This document shows positions 39,028 to 49,017 of a DNA stretch of 64,000 nucleotides, piece after piece (the first letter of the stretch is position 1; each line of letters begins with the position of its first letter). Position numbers and translations under genes: made by a program. This stretch comes from Planctomycetota bacterium. GTDB taxonomy: Bacteria > Planctomycetota > GCA-002687715 > CAIWVZ01. The stretch spans positions 1,952,001-2,016,000 of the forward strand of contig JBGANV010000001.1 of the NCBI GenBank assembly GCA_044222185.1, given 5' to 3'. Under the pieces are notes generated by a model. That model ran no database searches. It worked only from the letters and a program-made list of their open reading frames with translations, and was not told the DNA's origin.

Positions 39028-39525
39028 TCAGCTTGGCCGTGCAACGGCCGGCATCGGATGGTCGAGCTTCTCGGCCATCAGAAACGGCTCGTCGATGGCC
39101 GGGACCTCCACCGTTCCCTGCTCGGGAACGAGTCCGTCCGATGCGATGTCAGCGAAGGTCGCTCGGGACAGGTACTGGCTGAACATGCCGTAGCCGCGGC
39201 GCAGGACGCCGGCGAGCCGTGCCGTGTAGGCACCCGCCGCCTGTCCAGGCTTGAGCCCGTCCATGAGCTGCCCGTTGTCCTCCAACGCAGCGATGACCTC
39301 TCCGAGCGTGAGTGCCTTCGCATCACGCGCCAGGCGGACGCCGCCCTTGCGTCCGCGAACGGCCTTCATGAACCCCATGTTCTGCAGGCGGCGGATGACT
39401 CGACCGAGGTGAGCCGATGAGATCGCGTAGTGGTTCGCGATCTCGTCCGTCGTCGCAGGTGTGCCCTTCGCAGCCAGGAACGTGAGTGCGCGAAGTGCGT
39501 AGTCGGTTTGCAGTCTGAACTTCAC
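39028..39525 (-). CDS. Rrf2-family transcriptional regulator (no cysteines)
   Basis: TDYALRAL, IS..HL.RVI..L, RGRKGGVRLAR, LTLGEVI..LE. Confidence 0.9.
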   Translation of the reverse strand: MKFRLQTDYALRALTFLAAKGTPATTDEIANHYAISSAHLGRVIRRLQNMGFMKAVRGRKGGVRLARDAKALTLGEVIAALEDNGQLMDGLKPGQAAGAYTARLAGVLRRGYGMFSQYLSRATFADIASDGLVPEQGTVEVPAIDEPFLMAEKLDHPMPAVARPS

Positions 39526-39653
39526 GATTGATTGCCCTCTCGCGCTGACTCTTCGTCCCCTCGCGCGAGCGCGCTTGAGCAGAATGCGCGCGGCAACTCC
39601 CTGTGGGCACGGGCCTTGCTCCTCGGGGTCGAAACGATTCACGCGACGGTACG

Positions 39654-40361
39654 TCAGAGCGCGTCGACACGACCGATCGGCGGTCCGAGCGCGCGCATGA
39701 ACTCGGTGAACGTCGAATGCAGTGGAGCGCTGACGACGACTCGTCCATCCCTGCGAGACGGGAGATCGAGCGCTGAAGCGTGAAGCATCAGCCGAGGCGC
39801 TGACGCGCCCTTTCGATTCTCGTCGTAGAGCGTGTCGCCGAGGATGGGCCAACCGGCTTTCGCAGCATGAACGCGAATCTGGTGCGTGCGTCCGGTCTCG
39901 GGCTGGAACTCGATGAGCGCGACTCCCGAGGGCCGCTCGTCGCGTGCAGCCCAGCACCATTTCACGTCGACGCGCGTGCGGGAGGCGAGCGCCCCCTGCT
40001 CGTTCGCCTCACCGACGCGCATGCGGCCACCACGACCGGGGGCGATGGGCCAGTCGAGTGTTCCCCTCCGACCGCGTGGAATGCCGGCGACGAGGGCCAG
40101 GTAGGTCTTCTGCACCTCCCGCTTCGCGAAGGCGTCGTTCAGCCGACGGTGCTCCTCCGCGTTGCGTGCGAACACGACGACACCTGAGGTGCCCGCGTCC
40201 AACCTGTGGACGACCCACAGCGGGGCGCCACGCGACGTCTCCAGGATTTCCTTCAGGCTCGCGCCGACCGGGCCGTCGCGCCCGGGGATCGTGCACAGGC
40301 CCGACGGTTTGTCGACGGCGAGCAGGCTTTCGTCTTCGAAGAGGATCTGGGGCGCGGTCAC
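39654..40361 (-). CDS. RluA-family pseudouridine synthase
   Basis: VDKPSGL, VHRLDAGTSG, KTYLALV, TGRTHQIRVH, PILGDTLY, LMLHA. Confidence 0.92.
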   Translation of the reverse strand: MTAPQILFEDESLLAVDKPSGLCTIPGRDGPVGASLKEILETSRGAPLWVVHRLDAGTSGVVVFARNAEEHRRLNDAFAKREVQKTYLALVAGIPRGRRGTLDWPIAPGRGGRMRVGEANEQGALASRTRVDVKWCWAARDERPSGVALIEFQPETGRTHQIRVHAAKAGWPILGDTLYDENRKGASAPRLMLHASALDLPSRRDGRVVVSAPLHSTFTEFMRALGPPIGRVDAL

Positions 40362-40463
40362 GTGCGAGAGTAGCAGGACGCTGCGGGCAGGGGCGCCTGT
40401 CGCCCCGGCCCTGGTTCCGGCCCTGCGACGCCCGAGGACGCCACCCAGCCTTGGGATGGGCTC

Positions 40464-40721
40464 ATGTTGCCCGACGAGCCCCACAACCCAGGATCCGCCG
40501 TCATCGGCCTGGACGTCGATGCGGTGAAGGGGAAGTCCATCACAGAAGTCCGCCGCGTCGTGAACCGCCGCGACTGCGCGCTCGTCGTCGCCACCGAGGA
40601 CGCGCCGCCGGCCCTCCCCGCCAAGCCGGCGCGCCGATGCCGAGGCAATCCCGAGAAACGGAATTCGCGATACGCAGGTTCTTGGCTCGCGAAATCGCCG
40701 CGTGCGGCGAACAAGGGGTGA
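40464..40721 (+). pseudogene. Truncated copy of the 5' end of the gene at 50104
   Basis: First 52 codons align without gaps to the N-terminus of 50104-51234 (33/52 identical by hand); similarity then ends. Confidence 0.7.
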
Positions 40722-40774
40722 CCGACCGATCCCCCGAACCCCGGCATGGGCCGGGCTCACTTCGAGATCACCCG

Positions 40775-43700
40775 ATGACTTCAACGTTTCAACTGCGAAC
40801 CTGCACGCTTGCCGGACTGACGATGACGCTCCTGTTGCTTGCCTCGCGGTCCCCGGCGCAGGACGGGATGCCTGAGCCGCCGCGGCCGGGCTGGGTTCTC
40901 GTCGACGACATGTGGCTCCCGCCGGAGGCGCTTCTCGGGGACGGTTTCTACCACGGGACTCTCTGGAGCGCCGGAGTCGTTCCGTACGCGTTGGACGCAA
41001 GCCTATCCGCGGTTCAGCAGAGCGCGGTCCAGACCGCCATGGAATACCTGGAGGCGGTGTGCGGGGTCGACTTCGTTCCCCGCACCGTCGAGCCCAACTT
41101 CATCCTCGTCCGGCAGTACGCCGCCATGGGCAGTGCGGGCCAATGTCCCGTCGGAATGGTCGGCGGCGTGCAGGAGCTCGCCGTCGGCCCGTTCTTCACG
41201 GGCTCCACGGTGTTCATGCACGAACTCCTTCATGGACTCGGGTTCCAACACGAGCACCAACGTTCGGACCGAGACTCGTTCATCACCGTCAACTGGGGGA
41301 ACGTCGCAAGCATCTGTGGGAGCACAGGCGATCAGCCCTGCACAGGGAACTTCCCCATCATCCCCGGTGGGACCCTTCACGGGACATACGACTTCCTCTC
41401 CGTCATGCATTACCGGCGGAACACCTTCGCCAACCCGGGCACGGATACGATCACGTGCAATGCACCGTTCGTTGCCATGCAGAACGTCATGGGAACGCTG
41501 AGGAGCATGTCCTATGGCGACGCTGCGGGATTGATCGCCCACTACGGCTCGACGCACGTCCATCCACTCCTATCCGGAGTCTGTCCCGCCATCGTCCCGC
41601 AGAATGCCGGCGATCGGACGATCTCCATCTTCGGCTCGAACTTCTATCAGGGGTCGCTCGACGGAACCGGCGTGCCAGGAACGCTGGTGCTGGTCAATGG
41701 CATCGCCGTCTCGACGCTGAGCGTGACGTTCGTCGACAGCCACCGCCTCGACGCTGTCATCCCGGGATTCTGGTTTGCAAATCAGGGGACGTTGCAGATC
41801 AGCGTCGAGAACCCTTACGGGGGCGCCTCGCCCGCCGTCCCCCTGCAAGTCGGACCTCAGGTCTCGTTCATCGGGAACTGGAACGGAAGCGGCGTGGGCT
41901 CTCAGATGGGCAAGGCTGTCGCCGGCATCGGCGACGTGAACGATGACGGATTCGATGACGTCGTCGTCGGCTCCCCCGGCGACTTCTACAACGGCCAGCA
42001 GTATGGCGGCCGGGTCACCTGCTACTCAGGCAGCGACGGCGCAACGATCTGGAGCGTGCTCGGGGTCGCTCCGCGCGGGCATGGAACGGCACTCGCCAAC
42101 GCGGGGGATGTCGATGGCGACGGGATCAGCGACGTGCTGGAAGGAGCGCCCGCAACCTATGGGAGTAGCCCTTACATCGGCTACGCGATCCTTCGGAGCG
42201 GCGACACCGGCGGAATCATCCGAACGTACTCCACGGGCGTGATCAACGACGGCTTCGGAACGTCCGTCGCCAACGCGGGAGACATCGATCTCGACGGCGT
42301 GCCGGATCAGATCGTCGGAATCCCGTTGGCCCACATGGTGAAGGTGTACTCCGGCGCAACGGGCGGACTCATTCGAACGCACACCATCGGAGTCGGATCC
42401 TACTTCGGCGGGGCCGTTGCCGGAGGCTCTGACTTCAATCTCGACGGTGTTCCGGACTACGCCGTCGGCGCGCCGTGGTTCGGGGGTGATTTCCGTGGCC
42501 GCTTCCACATCTTCTCCGGATCGACCGGATCTCAACTGTCCGTGACGACCGGGCTCGTGGCGAACGACTACTATGGACAAACCCTCGCCATGGGGCCTTC
42601 ACCCGACGGACGCGCGGGTGGCGCACTCTACGCCGGCATCCCGGGCTACAACTCGGATACAGGTCAGGTGCGGATTTATGGCGCGAATGCAACGACGCCC
42701 TACCCGCTCGTGGCGACGCGCAATGGCCTCTCGCAGCATGACAAGTTCGGTTGGTCCGTGAACCCCGTCGGCGACATCGACCAGGATGGGCTCGTCGAGA
42801 TGGCCGTGGGGGCGCCGCAAGACGCGAGCGGCCCGGGCTACGTGCGGATCTTCGCATCGACGGGCGCGACTCTCGCTCACGTGGCTGGCACCGAGAACGG
42901 CGGCGCGTTCGGCTGGGCCGTCGCGCCTGCCGGCGACTTCGACCGCGACGGCGTCCCAGATGTGATCGTCGGTGCGGTCAATACCGGACTCTCCTGCATC
43001 AACAACGGCTCGGCACACATCCTCGAGGAGGTCCGCCCGCCGGCACGCAAGAAGGTCATGATCACGGAGGTCTACTGGGGCGAACCTCAGGGCCTGGAGG
43101 TCACGAATTTCGCAGACTTCCCGGTGTCGCTGGGAGGCATGCGAGTGATCTGGGACGACGGTACGCGATACGTGTCGAGCCCGTTCCCATCCTCGATCAC
43201 GATTGCCGCCGGCGAGTCCATCATCGTTCGCGAGACTTGCGGGCCGTTCGGACAGGGATGCGGTCCTGTCGGGTCGTTCTATCCCGAGGCGCCGCCCAGC
43301 ACGCGATCGTTCAGCTTGCTCCCGACGCTCTCGACGCAGAGCCAGGCGCTCCGTGTGGGGCTACTCACGACCGGTGGAGTGGTCCTGGATGAAGTCCGGA
43401 TCCGCGCCGTCGCAGGGGCAACGAGTTCTCTTGCAGGCGTCGGCGGCCACTTCCGTGGCGTGGCACCGCGCCAGAGCAGCTCGATCTGCGCCGAGCGGAT
43501 CTGGGGTCTCGACTCGAACAGCGGCGGGGACTGGACGTCCGAGACGGTCCGCAGCTTCGGGCTCGAGAACCGATCGAGCGGGCAGCGCGGCTCGGATCCG
43601 ATACAGCTCGAGGAGGTCGTCGTCAACGAGTTGCTCGACCGACAGTCGGCTTTTCAGCAGAACTACGTCGAGCTGAAGAACGTGAGCCTCGCTCCGGTGA

Positions 43701-44542
43701 ATCTCCGGAACTGGTTCATCTTGTGGAGTCCGGGCCAGGGCATGCCGCACCAGTTGATCACGCCGTGGTCGAACGATGACCTGAACCTCGGGGCCAATGC
43801 GTTCACGGTGATCGGCGATGTCCAGTCCCAGCCTGCGGAGCTTCCTCCGGGTGTCACCTACGTTCACGCGACCGTCGGCGGACAGGGCCTGCCGTTCCCC
43901 GTCAACGCCGAGGAGTTCGAGATCGCGCTCTACGACGATCACGGCCGCGTCGTCGATCTCGCGCGCGGGACCGGCAATGACGACGTTCGCGTGCACAATC
44001 ACAAGCGGGCACCGTCTGCCGCGTTCGACTTCGCAGGCGCGGTTCCCCGGAGCCTGGACAGCGGATCCGGCGGCACTGGCCGCGATGCCGCGAGCACGGA
44101 CACGAACGCGGGCTCGGACTGGCGCCCGATCTATACCCGCACGATGGGATCGGCGAATCTCCCCTCGACCTGGGGAGGGCCGCCCGGCCTCGGTGACAAG
44201 CTCGACGTTCGCCTGAATGCAACCGGCCTTGGCGGCGGGTTCACGTGCATCATCAATGCGGGTCCGCAGGCCGCCGGCAAACGCTGGAGCTTCTTCTTCA
44301 ACGCCGGCCATCTCGATGGTCAAGGGCCATTCTTCGGGCTTGGCAGCGAAGCCCTTCCCAATTGGCTCATGCTCGGCAATACGCCTCCGTGGTTCGGCTT
44401 CCTCGATTCGAGGGGTTCGGCGCGGCTCGACCTTCCGCCGGCAACGTTCCCGTCCGGCCTTCAGACTGATGGCATGTTCATCCTTCAAGACGCGGCGGGC
44501 GGCCTCGTGCGCCGGACGACCGTGATCGAGTGGGACACGTGA
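40775..44542 (+). CDS. Secreted astacin (M12A) metallopeptidase with IPT-like, FG-GAP and lamin-tail-like domains
   Basis: Signal peptide; HELLHGLGFQHEHQRSDRD and Met-turn SVMHY; GD[VI][ND]xDG..D..VGAP repeats; VMITEV/VVVNE..YVELKN modules. Confidence 0.88.
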   Translation: MTSTFQLRTCTLAGLTMTLLLLASRSPAQDGMPEPPRPGWVLVDDMWLPPEALLGDGFYHGTLWSAGVVPYALDASLSAVQQSAVQTAMEYLEAVCGVDFVPRTVEPNFILVRQYAAMGSAGQCPVGMVGGVQELAVGPFFTGSTVFMHELLHGLGFQHEHQRSDRDSFITVNWGNVASICGSTGDQPCTGNFPIIPGGTLHGTYDFLSVMHYRRNTFANPGTDTITCNAPFVAMQNVMGTLRSMSYGDAAGLIAHYGSTHVHPLLSGVCPAIVPQNAGDRTISIFGSNFYQGSLDGTGVPGTLVLVNGIAVSTLSVTFVDSHRLDAVIPGFWFANQGTLQISVENPYGGASPAVPLQVGPQVSFIGNWNGSGVGSQMGKAVAGIGDVNDDGFDDVVVGSPGDFYNGQQYGGRVTCYSGSDGATIWSVLGVAPRGHGTALANAGDVDGDGISDVLEGAPATYGSSPYIGYAILRSGDTGGIIRTYSTGVINDGFGTSVANAGDIDLDGVPDQIVGIPLAHMVKVYSGATGGLIRTHTIGVGSYFGGAVAGGSDFNLDGVPDYAVGAPWFGGDFRGRFHIFSGSTGSQLSVTTGLVANDYYGQTLAMGPSPDGRAGGALYAGIPGYNSDTGQVRIYGANATTPYPLVATRNGLSQHDKFGWSVNPVGDIDQDGLVEMAVGAPQDASGPGYVRIFASTGATLAHVAGTENGGAFGWAVAPAGDFDRDGVPDVIVGAVNTGLSCINNGSAHILEEVRPPARKKVMITEVYWGEPQGLEVTNFADFPVSLGGMRVIWDDGTRYVSSPFPSSITIAAGESIIVRETCGPFGQGCGPVGSFYPEAPPSTRSFSLLPTLSTQSQALRVGLLTTGGVVLDEVRIRAVAGATSSLAGVGGHFRGVAPRQSSSICAERIWGLDSNSGGDWTSETVRSFGLENRSSGQRGSDPIQLEEVVVNELLDRQSAFQQNYVELKNVSLAPVNLRNWFILWSPGQGMPHQLITPWSNDDLNLGANAFTVIGDVQSQPAELPPGVTYVHATVGGQGLPFPVNAEEFEIALYDDHGRVVDLARGTGNDDVRVHNHKRAPSAAFDFAGAVPRSLDSGSGGTGRDAASTDTNAGSDWRPIYTRTMGSANLPSTWGGPPGLGDKLDVRLNATGLGGGFTCIINAGPQAAGKRWSFFFNAGHLDGQGPFFGLGSEALPNWLMLGNTPPWFGFLDSRGSARLDLPPATFPSGLQTDGMFILQDAAGGLVRRTTVIEWDT

Positions 44543-44568
44543 GGCGCAATCCTTCGTTGGAGACAGAC

Positions 44569-46092
44569 ATGAACCGCTCGACACTTCTCATCGTCCTCGC
44601 ATGCGCCGCGGGCATCGCAGGCGCTCAGGCCCCCGACTTCCGCCGGATCATGATCACGGAGGTCTCGTGGAGCGAACCTCAGGGGATCGAGATCACGAAC
44701 TTCGCGGCATCCCCCATCGACCTGACGGCGTGGAGCGTGGTCTGGATCACCGGGTTGGGGATCCCCCCGTTTCCCAGCGTGACCCTGGACGGGGTCATCC
44801 AGTCGGGAGAGACCATCCTCGTCACCGAGATCAGCCCCGTTGCGATACCTGAAGCCCCGCCGACAACACGGATCCTCCCGCTACTTCCCACGATGAGCGC
44901 CTACACGACGGCGATCACGTTCGGGCTGCGCAATGCCGCCAACGCGTACGTCGACGAAGTGCGGGTCTCGGCGACGGGCGGTTCGAGTGGATTGTCCGGC
45001 TTCCCCGGCAGCGGGTTCCGAGGAGTCGCCGCACGGACCCTGCCGCTTGCCGTTTCCGTCGAGCGGATTTGGGGGCTCGACTCCGACGCGGGCCGTGACT
45101 GGACGGAAGAGGTCGTGCGGAGCTTCGGCCTCGAAAATCGATCGAGCGGCGCGCGCGGGACCGATACGCTCGCCGAGCCACAAATCCGCATCACGGAGAT
45201 CGACGACAGCCCGGATTTCGTGGAACTCTACAACAACGGGAATACAGGCGTCGACCTTCGGGACTTCCTTCTCCTCGCGAGCTGGACCCAGGGTGCTCCG
45301 CCATCCCGCATCCTGCCGTTCCCATCGAGCGTCTCGCTCGCGGCGGGTTCCTCCATCGTCATCGGCGACACGGCAGCGGGTCCTGCGGAGCTTCCGGCCG
45401 GGGTTCCGTACGTGAACCTGTCCGCGATCGGCGGCTCGAATCTTCCGTTCGTCGGCACCGAGTTCTCACTCGGGCTCTACGACAACCTCGGGCGACTCCT
45501 CGATCTCGTGCGCGTCACCGGCGACGATGACGGCGTCGTTCACAATCACCCGCGTGCGCCCGCTCACTGGAGCGCGTTCACCGGGTCAGCACCGAGGCAG
45601 GGCTCGGTCGGCGCGGGTAGCCTCGGGCGAGCGAAGCTCGTCACGACGTTCAGCGACACCGACAAGGGATCGGACTGGCGGGCGCTGTTCACCCGCTCCA
45701 TGGGCGCCTACGTCCCGGCCTGGGTCGGCTCGCCGGGCCTCGGCGACGTCCTCGACGTGCGGCTGAACGAAACCGGAATGGGCGACGGCATGACGATCAT
45801 CATCAATGCCGGCGCCGCGACGTCCGGATTCCGCTACTCGTTCTTCTTCAGCCTCGGGCACCTCGAAGGTACGGGTCCGTTCTTCGGCCTCGGCCCGGAG
45901 GCTCTCGAGAACTGGATCGGCGTCCTCGCCTCACCGCCGTTCACCGGCACGCTCGATCTGCGTGGGTCCGCTCGCGTGGACCTGGCGTCGGGTTCGTTGC
46001 CACCGGGGATCCAGTTCGACTGCATCTTCATCCTTCAGACCCCGTCGGGCGCCTACGACCGCCGCACCGCAATCTTGGAGTACGATTCCTGA
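44569..46092 (+). CDS. Secreted lamin-tail-like domain protein, paralog of the C-terminal ~500 aa of the upstream gene
   Basis: Signal peptide; shared blocks ERIWGLDS..G.DWT.E.VRSFGLENRSSG.RG, VHNH.RAP, PGLGD.LDVRLN, GPFFGLG.EAL.NW. Confidence 0.85.
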   Translation: MNRSTLLIVLACAAGIAGAQAPDFRRIMITEVSWSEPQGIEITNFAASPIDLTAWSVVWITGLGIPPFPSVTLDGVIQSGETILVTEISPVAIPEAPPTTRILPLLPTMSAYTTAITFGLRNAANAYVDEVRVSATGGSSGLSGFPGSGFRGVAARTLPLAVSVERIWGLDSDAGRDWTEEVVRSFGLENRSSGARGTDTLAEPQIRITEIDDSPDFVELYNNGNTGVDLRDFLLLASWTQGAPPSRILPFPSSVSLAAGSSIVIGDTAAGPAELPAGVPYVNLSAIGGSNLPFVGTEFSLGLYDNLGRLLDLVRVTGDDDGVVHNHPRAPAHWSAFTGSAPRQGSVGAGSLGRAKLVTTFSDTDKGSDWRALFTRSMGAYVPAWVGSPGLGDVLDVRLNETGMGDGMTIIINAGAATSGFRYSFFFSLGHLEGTGPFFGLGPEALENWIGVLASPPFTGTLDLRGSARVDLASGSLPPGIQFDCIFILQTPSGAYDRRTAILEYDS

Positions 46093-46135
46093 CCTCGCTC
46101 GCGCCGGAGCGCACGGGCGCACAGGTGAATTCTCC

Positions 46136-48937
46136 ATGCCGTCCGAAGACACACCCGAGCATCCCGCATCCGAGACTCCCGACGACATCGAGGCGCCTGA
46201 GGCAACCCTTCGCCATGCGTTCGGTCGCGACGACACGGGTTTCGATGACGAGCCCGAGCGCTTCGGACCATACGTGATCGAGCGCGAGATCGGGCGCGGA
46301 GGCCAGGCCGTCGTGTACGCGGCACGCGACGAACGCCTGGGCCGCCGCGTTGCCCTGAAGGTCCTCCACGCAGCATCGGGAATCACGGCCGCGGCGATGC
46401 AACGCTTCGTGCGCGAGGCGAAGCTGGCATCGCGGCTGGAGCATGGCGGGATCTGTCCCGTCTACGAGTCCGGCTTCCGCGAAGGCGTGCCCTATATCGT
46501 CCTTCCGTTCATCGAAGGGCGGACGCTCGCGGACCGGTTCAGGCGCGGCACGCAGTCTCCTCGTTTCGGCGAACTCGACGCTGCGGGTTCCACCAGGACG
46601 ACGGCGGGGACCGCCAGAGACGTCGACGCGTCATCCGCTGCCGAGCGGACTGGCCGCGAGGCGACCGTCGAAGTGTTGAGCATCGTCGAGAAAATCGCAC
46701 ACGCCCTGCACGCGGCGCACGAGGCCGGCGTGACACATCGCGACATCAAGCCCGGCAACATCATGATCACCGTCGCGGGCGAACCGGTCATCCTCGACTT
46801 CGGTCTGGCCAGAGACGAGCGGACCGAGACATCGGCAATCACCGCCATGGGCGACGTACCGGGCACTCCGGCTTACATGAGTCCCGAGCAGCTCAGCCCC
46901 ACGCCCCATCGAACCGATCGGCGGACTGACATCTGGTCGCTGGGCGTGACGCTCTATGAAGGACTGGCGGGACGCCGGCCGTTCGAAGGCCCGACGCGTC
47001 ACAGACTCTGCGACGCCATCCTCGGCAGCGAACCGCCGTCGCTTCGCGAAGCGAACCCGACCGTGTCGCGCGATCTCGAGGCCGTCGTGCTGACGGCGCT
47101 CGAGAAGGACCCGAACCGTCGATATCAGACGGCGCTCGACTTCGCGGGTGACCTGGAACGCGTCCGCAAGCACGAACCGGTTCGCGCGCGCCCGGTCGGC
47201 GTCGTGCGACGTCTGGCACGTTGGGCTGCGCGGAATCGCGCGCTGGCGGCTGCGCTCGTCGCGCTCGTCGCCGCCCTCGCCGGCGGATTGATCATTTCAC
47301 TCGTTCTTCTCGACCAGGCCGGAACGGCGCTCGCAAACGAACGCGTCGCGACCAAGACTGCCGTCGAGGAGTCCGAGCGTGCCGACAGGAATCTCGAGAG
47401 CTTCGAACTGCTCGCCGATGCACGACGGCTCGCAGACCTCGTTCAGAGAAGCCGAGTGGAGCTCTGGCCGGCCCGCGCGTCGATGGTTCCCGCGATGACG
47501 CGATGGCTCGATGAGGCACGCGACCTGATCGCACGGGCCGGGCTGCATCGCGCCGCGATCGCCGAGCTGGAGACGCGCGCGTGGAGATCAGAATCGCGTC
47601 CAAGAGGCGACCCAGTCGACGTCATGGACCTCGCGAATGCGATCGCGCGCGTCGCCGCGGGACGAAGTCGAGTCTCCGAGAAGCATGCGGCATCCGACGA
47701 CGGCGACCAGGGTGAGGTCGCCAACTTGAGCTCTCTCCTGAAACACCTCGAGTCGCGCCGCGACGCGCTCGCCGCGGCGACCCCGAGGCCCGTCCTCCGT
47801 TTCGACGATCACCGCGACCAGTGGCGATACGACCTCGAGGTGGCGTTCCTCGCCGGGATCGACGCCCTGGAGGCGAAGGATGAACATGGTGACACGGTGG
47901 ACGGGATGAAACGGCGGCTGGGTCTGGCGCAGACGTTGTGGATTCGCAGCGTCGCGGAGTACCGCGAGGGTTGGGGCCGCGCCGTCGATGCCATTCGCTC
48001 GGACGCGCGATTCGGCGGATTCCAGCTGACCCCGCAGGCCGGACTCGTACCACTTGGAGCCGATCCAGTTTCCAATCTGCAGGAATTCGCCGATCTCCAG
48101 ACGGGTACCGTGCCGGTCCGCGACGCGCACACCCACCGCCTCGAGTACAAGGAGGATGCGGCGATCGTATTCGTACTTCTCCCAGGCGGAACGGCGCGCC
48201 TCGGCGCACAGGGCGAAGATCCTGACATGCCGAACCATGACCTTCTCGCCGAGCGATTCGAGTCTCCAATCAACGAAGTCCGGCTCGATCCGTTCTTCCT
48301 CGCAAAACACGAGATGACGCAGGCCCAATGGGTGTTCGTCACGGGGGGCAATCCGAGCGAGCACAAACCGCCGAAGGCGCCCGGAACGGGGCCCGCCTAC
48401 ACGCTGCGACATCCGGTCGAGTCGGTGACGTTCGATGGATTCCGCAGCCTGCTGGCGCGGCTCGGATTCAGGCTGCCGACGGAGGCCCAGTGGGAGTACG
48501 CGTGCCGTGCGGGGACCGCCACGCCGTGGTCGACGGGCAGCGACTTCCACACGCTGGAAGGCTCAGCGAACCTCGCGGACCAGTCGGCCCGACGCGCCGG
48601 TGCACGCTTCTCGGGCGGCGATGATTGGCCCGAGTTGGACGACGGCTTTCCTTATCACGCTCCCGTCGGCTCGTTCCGGCCGAACGCTTATGGCCTGCAC
48701 GACATGCACGGAAACGTCTGGGAGTGGTGCGAGGACTGTGAGTGTCCGTATGCGGTTCCAGCACGTGAAGGCGACGGGTTGCGGATGACCGAGGGCTTCC
48801 TTCGTCGGACCTCGCGTGGCGGAGCATTTCACGTCCACATGCGGTACGTTCGCAGCTCCTATCGTCACGCCGTCGTCGGTACGACGGCGAACGCGTCGTT
48901 CGGAGTGCGTCCCGCGCGTCCCGTCGAGACGCCTTGA
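46136..48937 (+). CDS. Ser/Thr protein kinase + TM + FGE-sulfatase (C-type lectin fold) domain
   Basis: IGRGGQAVVY, VALKVL, HRDIKPGN, DFGLA, GTPAYMSPEQ; TM; RLPTEAQWEYACRAG, NAYGLHDMHGNVWEWC. Confidence 0.93.
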   Translation: MPSEDTPEHPASETPDDIEAPEATLRHAFGRDDTGFDDEPERFGPYVIEREIGRGGQAVVYAARDERLGRRVALKVLHAASGITAAAMQRFVREAKLASRLEHGGICPVYESGFREGVPYIVLPFIEGRTLADRFRRGTQSPRFGELDAAGSTRTTAGTARDVDASSAAERTGREATVEVLSIVEKIAHALHAAHEAGVTHRDIKPGNIMITVAGEPVILDFGLARDERTETSAITAMGDVPGTPAYMSPEQLSPTPHRTDRRTDIWSLGVTLYEGLAGRRPFEGPTRHRLCDAILGSEPPSLREANPTVSRDLEAVVLTALEKDPNRRYQTALDFAGDLERVRKHEPVRARPVGVVRRLARWAARNRALAAALVALVAALAGGLIISLVLLDQAGTALANERVATKTAVEESERADRNLESFELLADARRLADLVQRSRVELWPARASMVPAMTRWLDEARDLIARAGLHRAAIAELETRAWRSESRPRGDPVDVMDLANAIARVAAGRSRVSEKHAASDDGDQGEVANLSSLLKHLESRRDALAAATPRPVLRFDDHRDQWRYDLEVAFLAGIDALEAKDEHGDTVDGMKRRLGLAQTLWIRSVAEYREGWGRAVDAIRSDARFGGFQLTPQAGLVPLGADPVSNLQEFADLQTGTVPVRDAHTHRLEYKEDAAIVFVLLPGGTARLGAQGEDPDMPNHDLLAERFESPINEVRLDPFFLAKHEMTQAQWVFVTGGNPSEHKPPKAPGTGPAYTLRHPVESVTFDGFRSLLARLGFRLPTEAQWEYACRAGTATPWSTGSDFHTLEGSANLADQSARRAGARFSGGDDWPELDDGFPYHAPVGSFRPNAYGLHDMHGNVWEWCEDCECPYAVPAREGDGLRMTEGFLRRTSRGGAFHVHMRYVRSSYRHAVVGTTANASFGVRPARPVETP

Positions 48938-49017
48938 TGCCAGCGGCCGCCCGCCGACCGGGAAAATTCCCGATGAGGCATCCGTGAATCGGCGCGCAGC
49001 GACTGCAAGCCGCGGGC

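Noticed and set aside
39944-40774. 5' extensions of the 1532-aa ORF (and likewise the 1604-, 1043- and 844-aa ORFs)
   Set aside because: They overlap real genes and read as R/P-rich noise; signal peptides or family N-termini begin at 40775, 56849, 46136 and 56689.
48700-48937. FGE/C-type lectin C-terminus as a DGR variable region
   Set aside because: No template repeat and no reverse transcriptase seen in the window; a remote DGR cannot be excluded.
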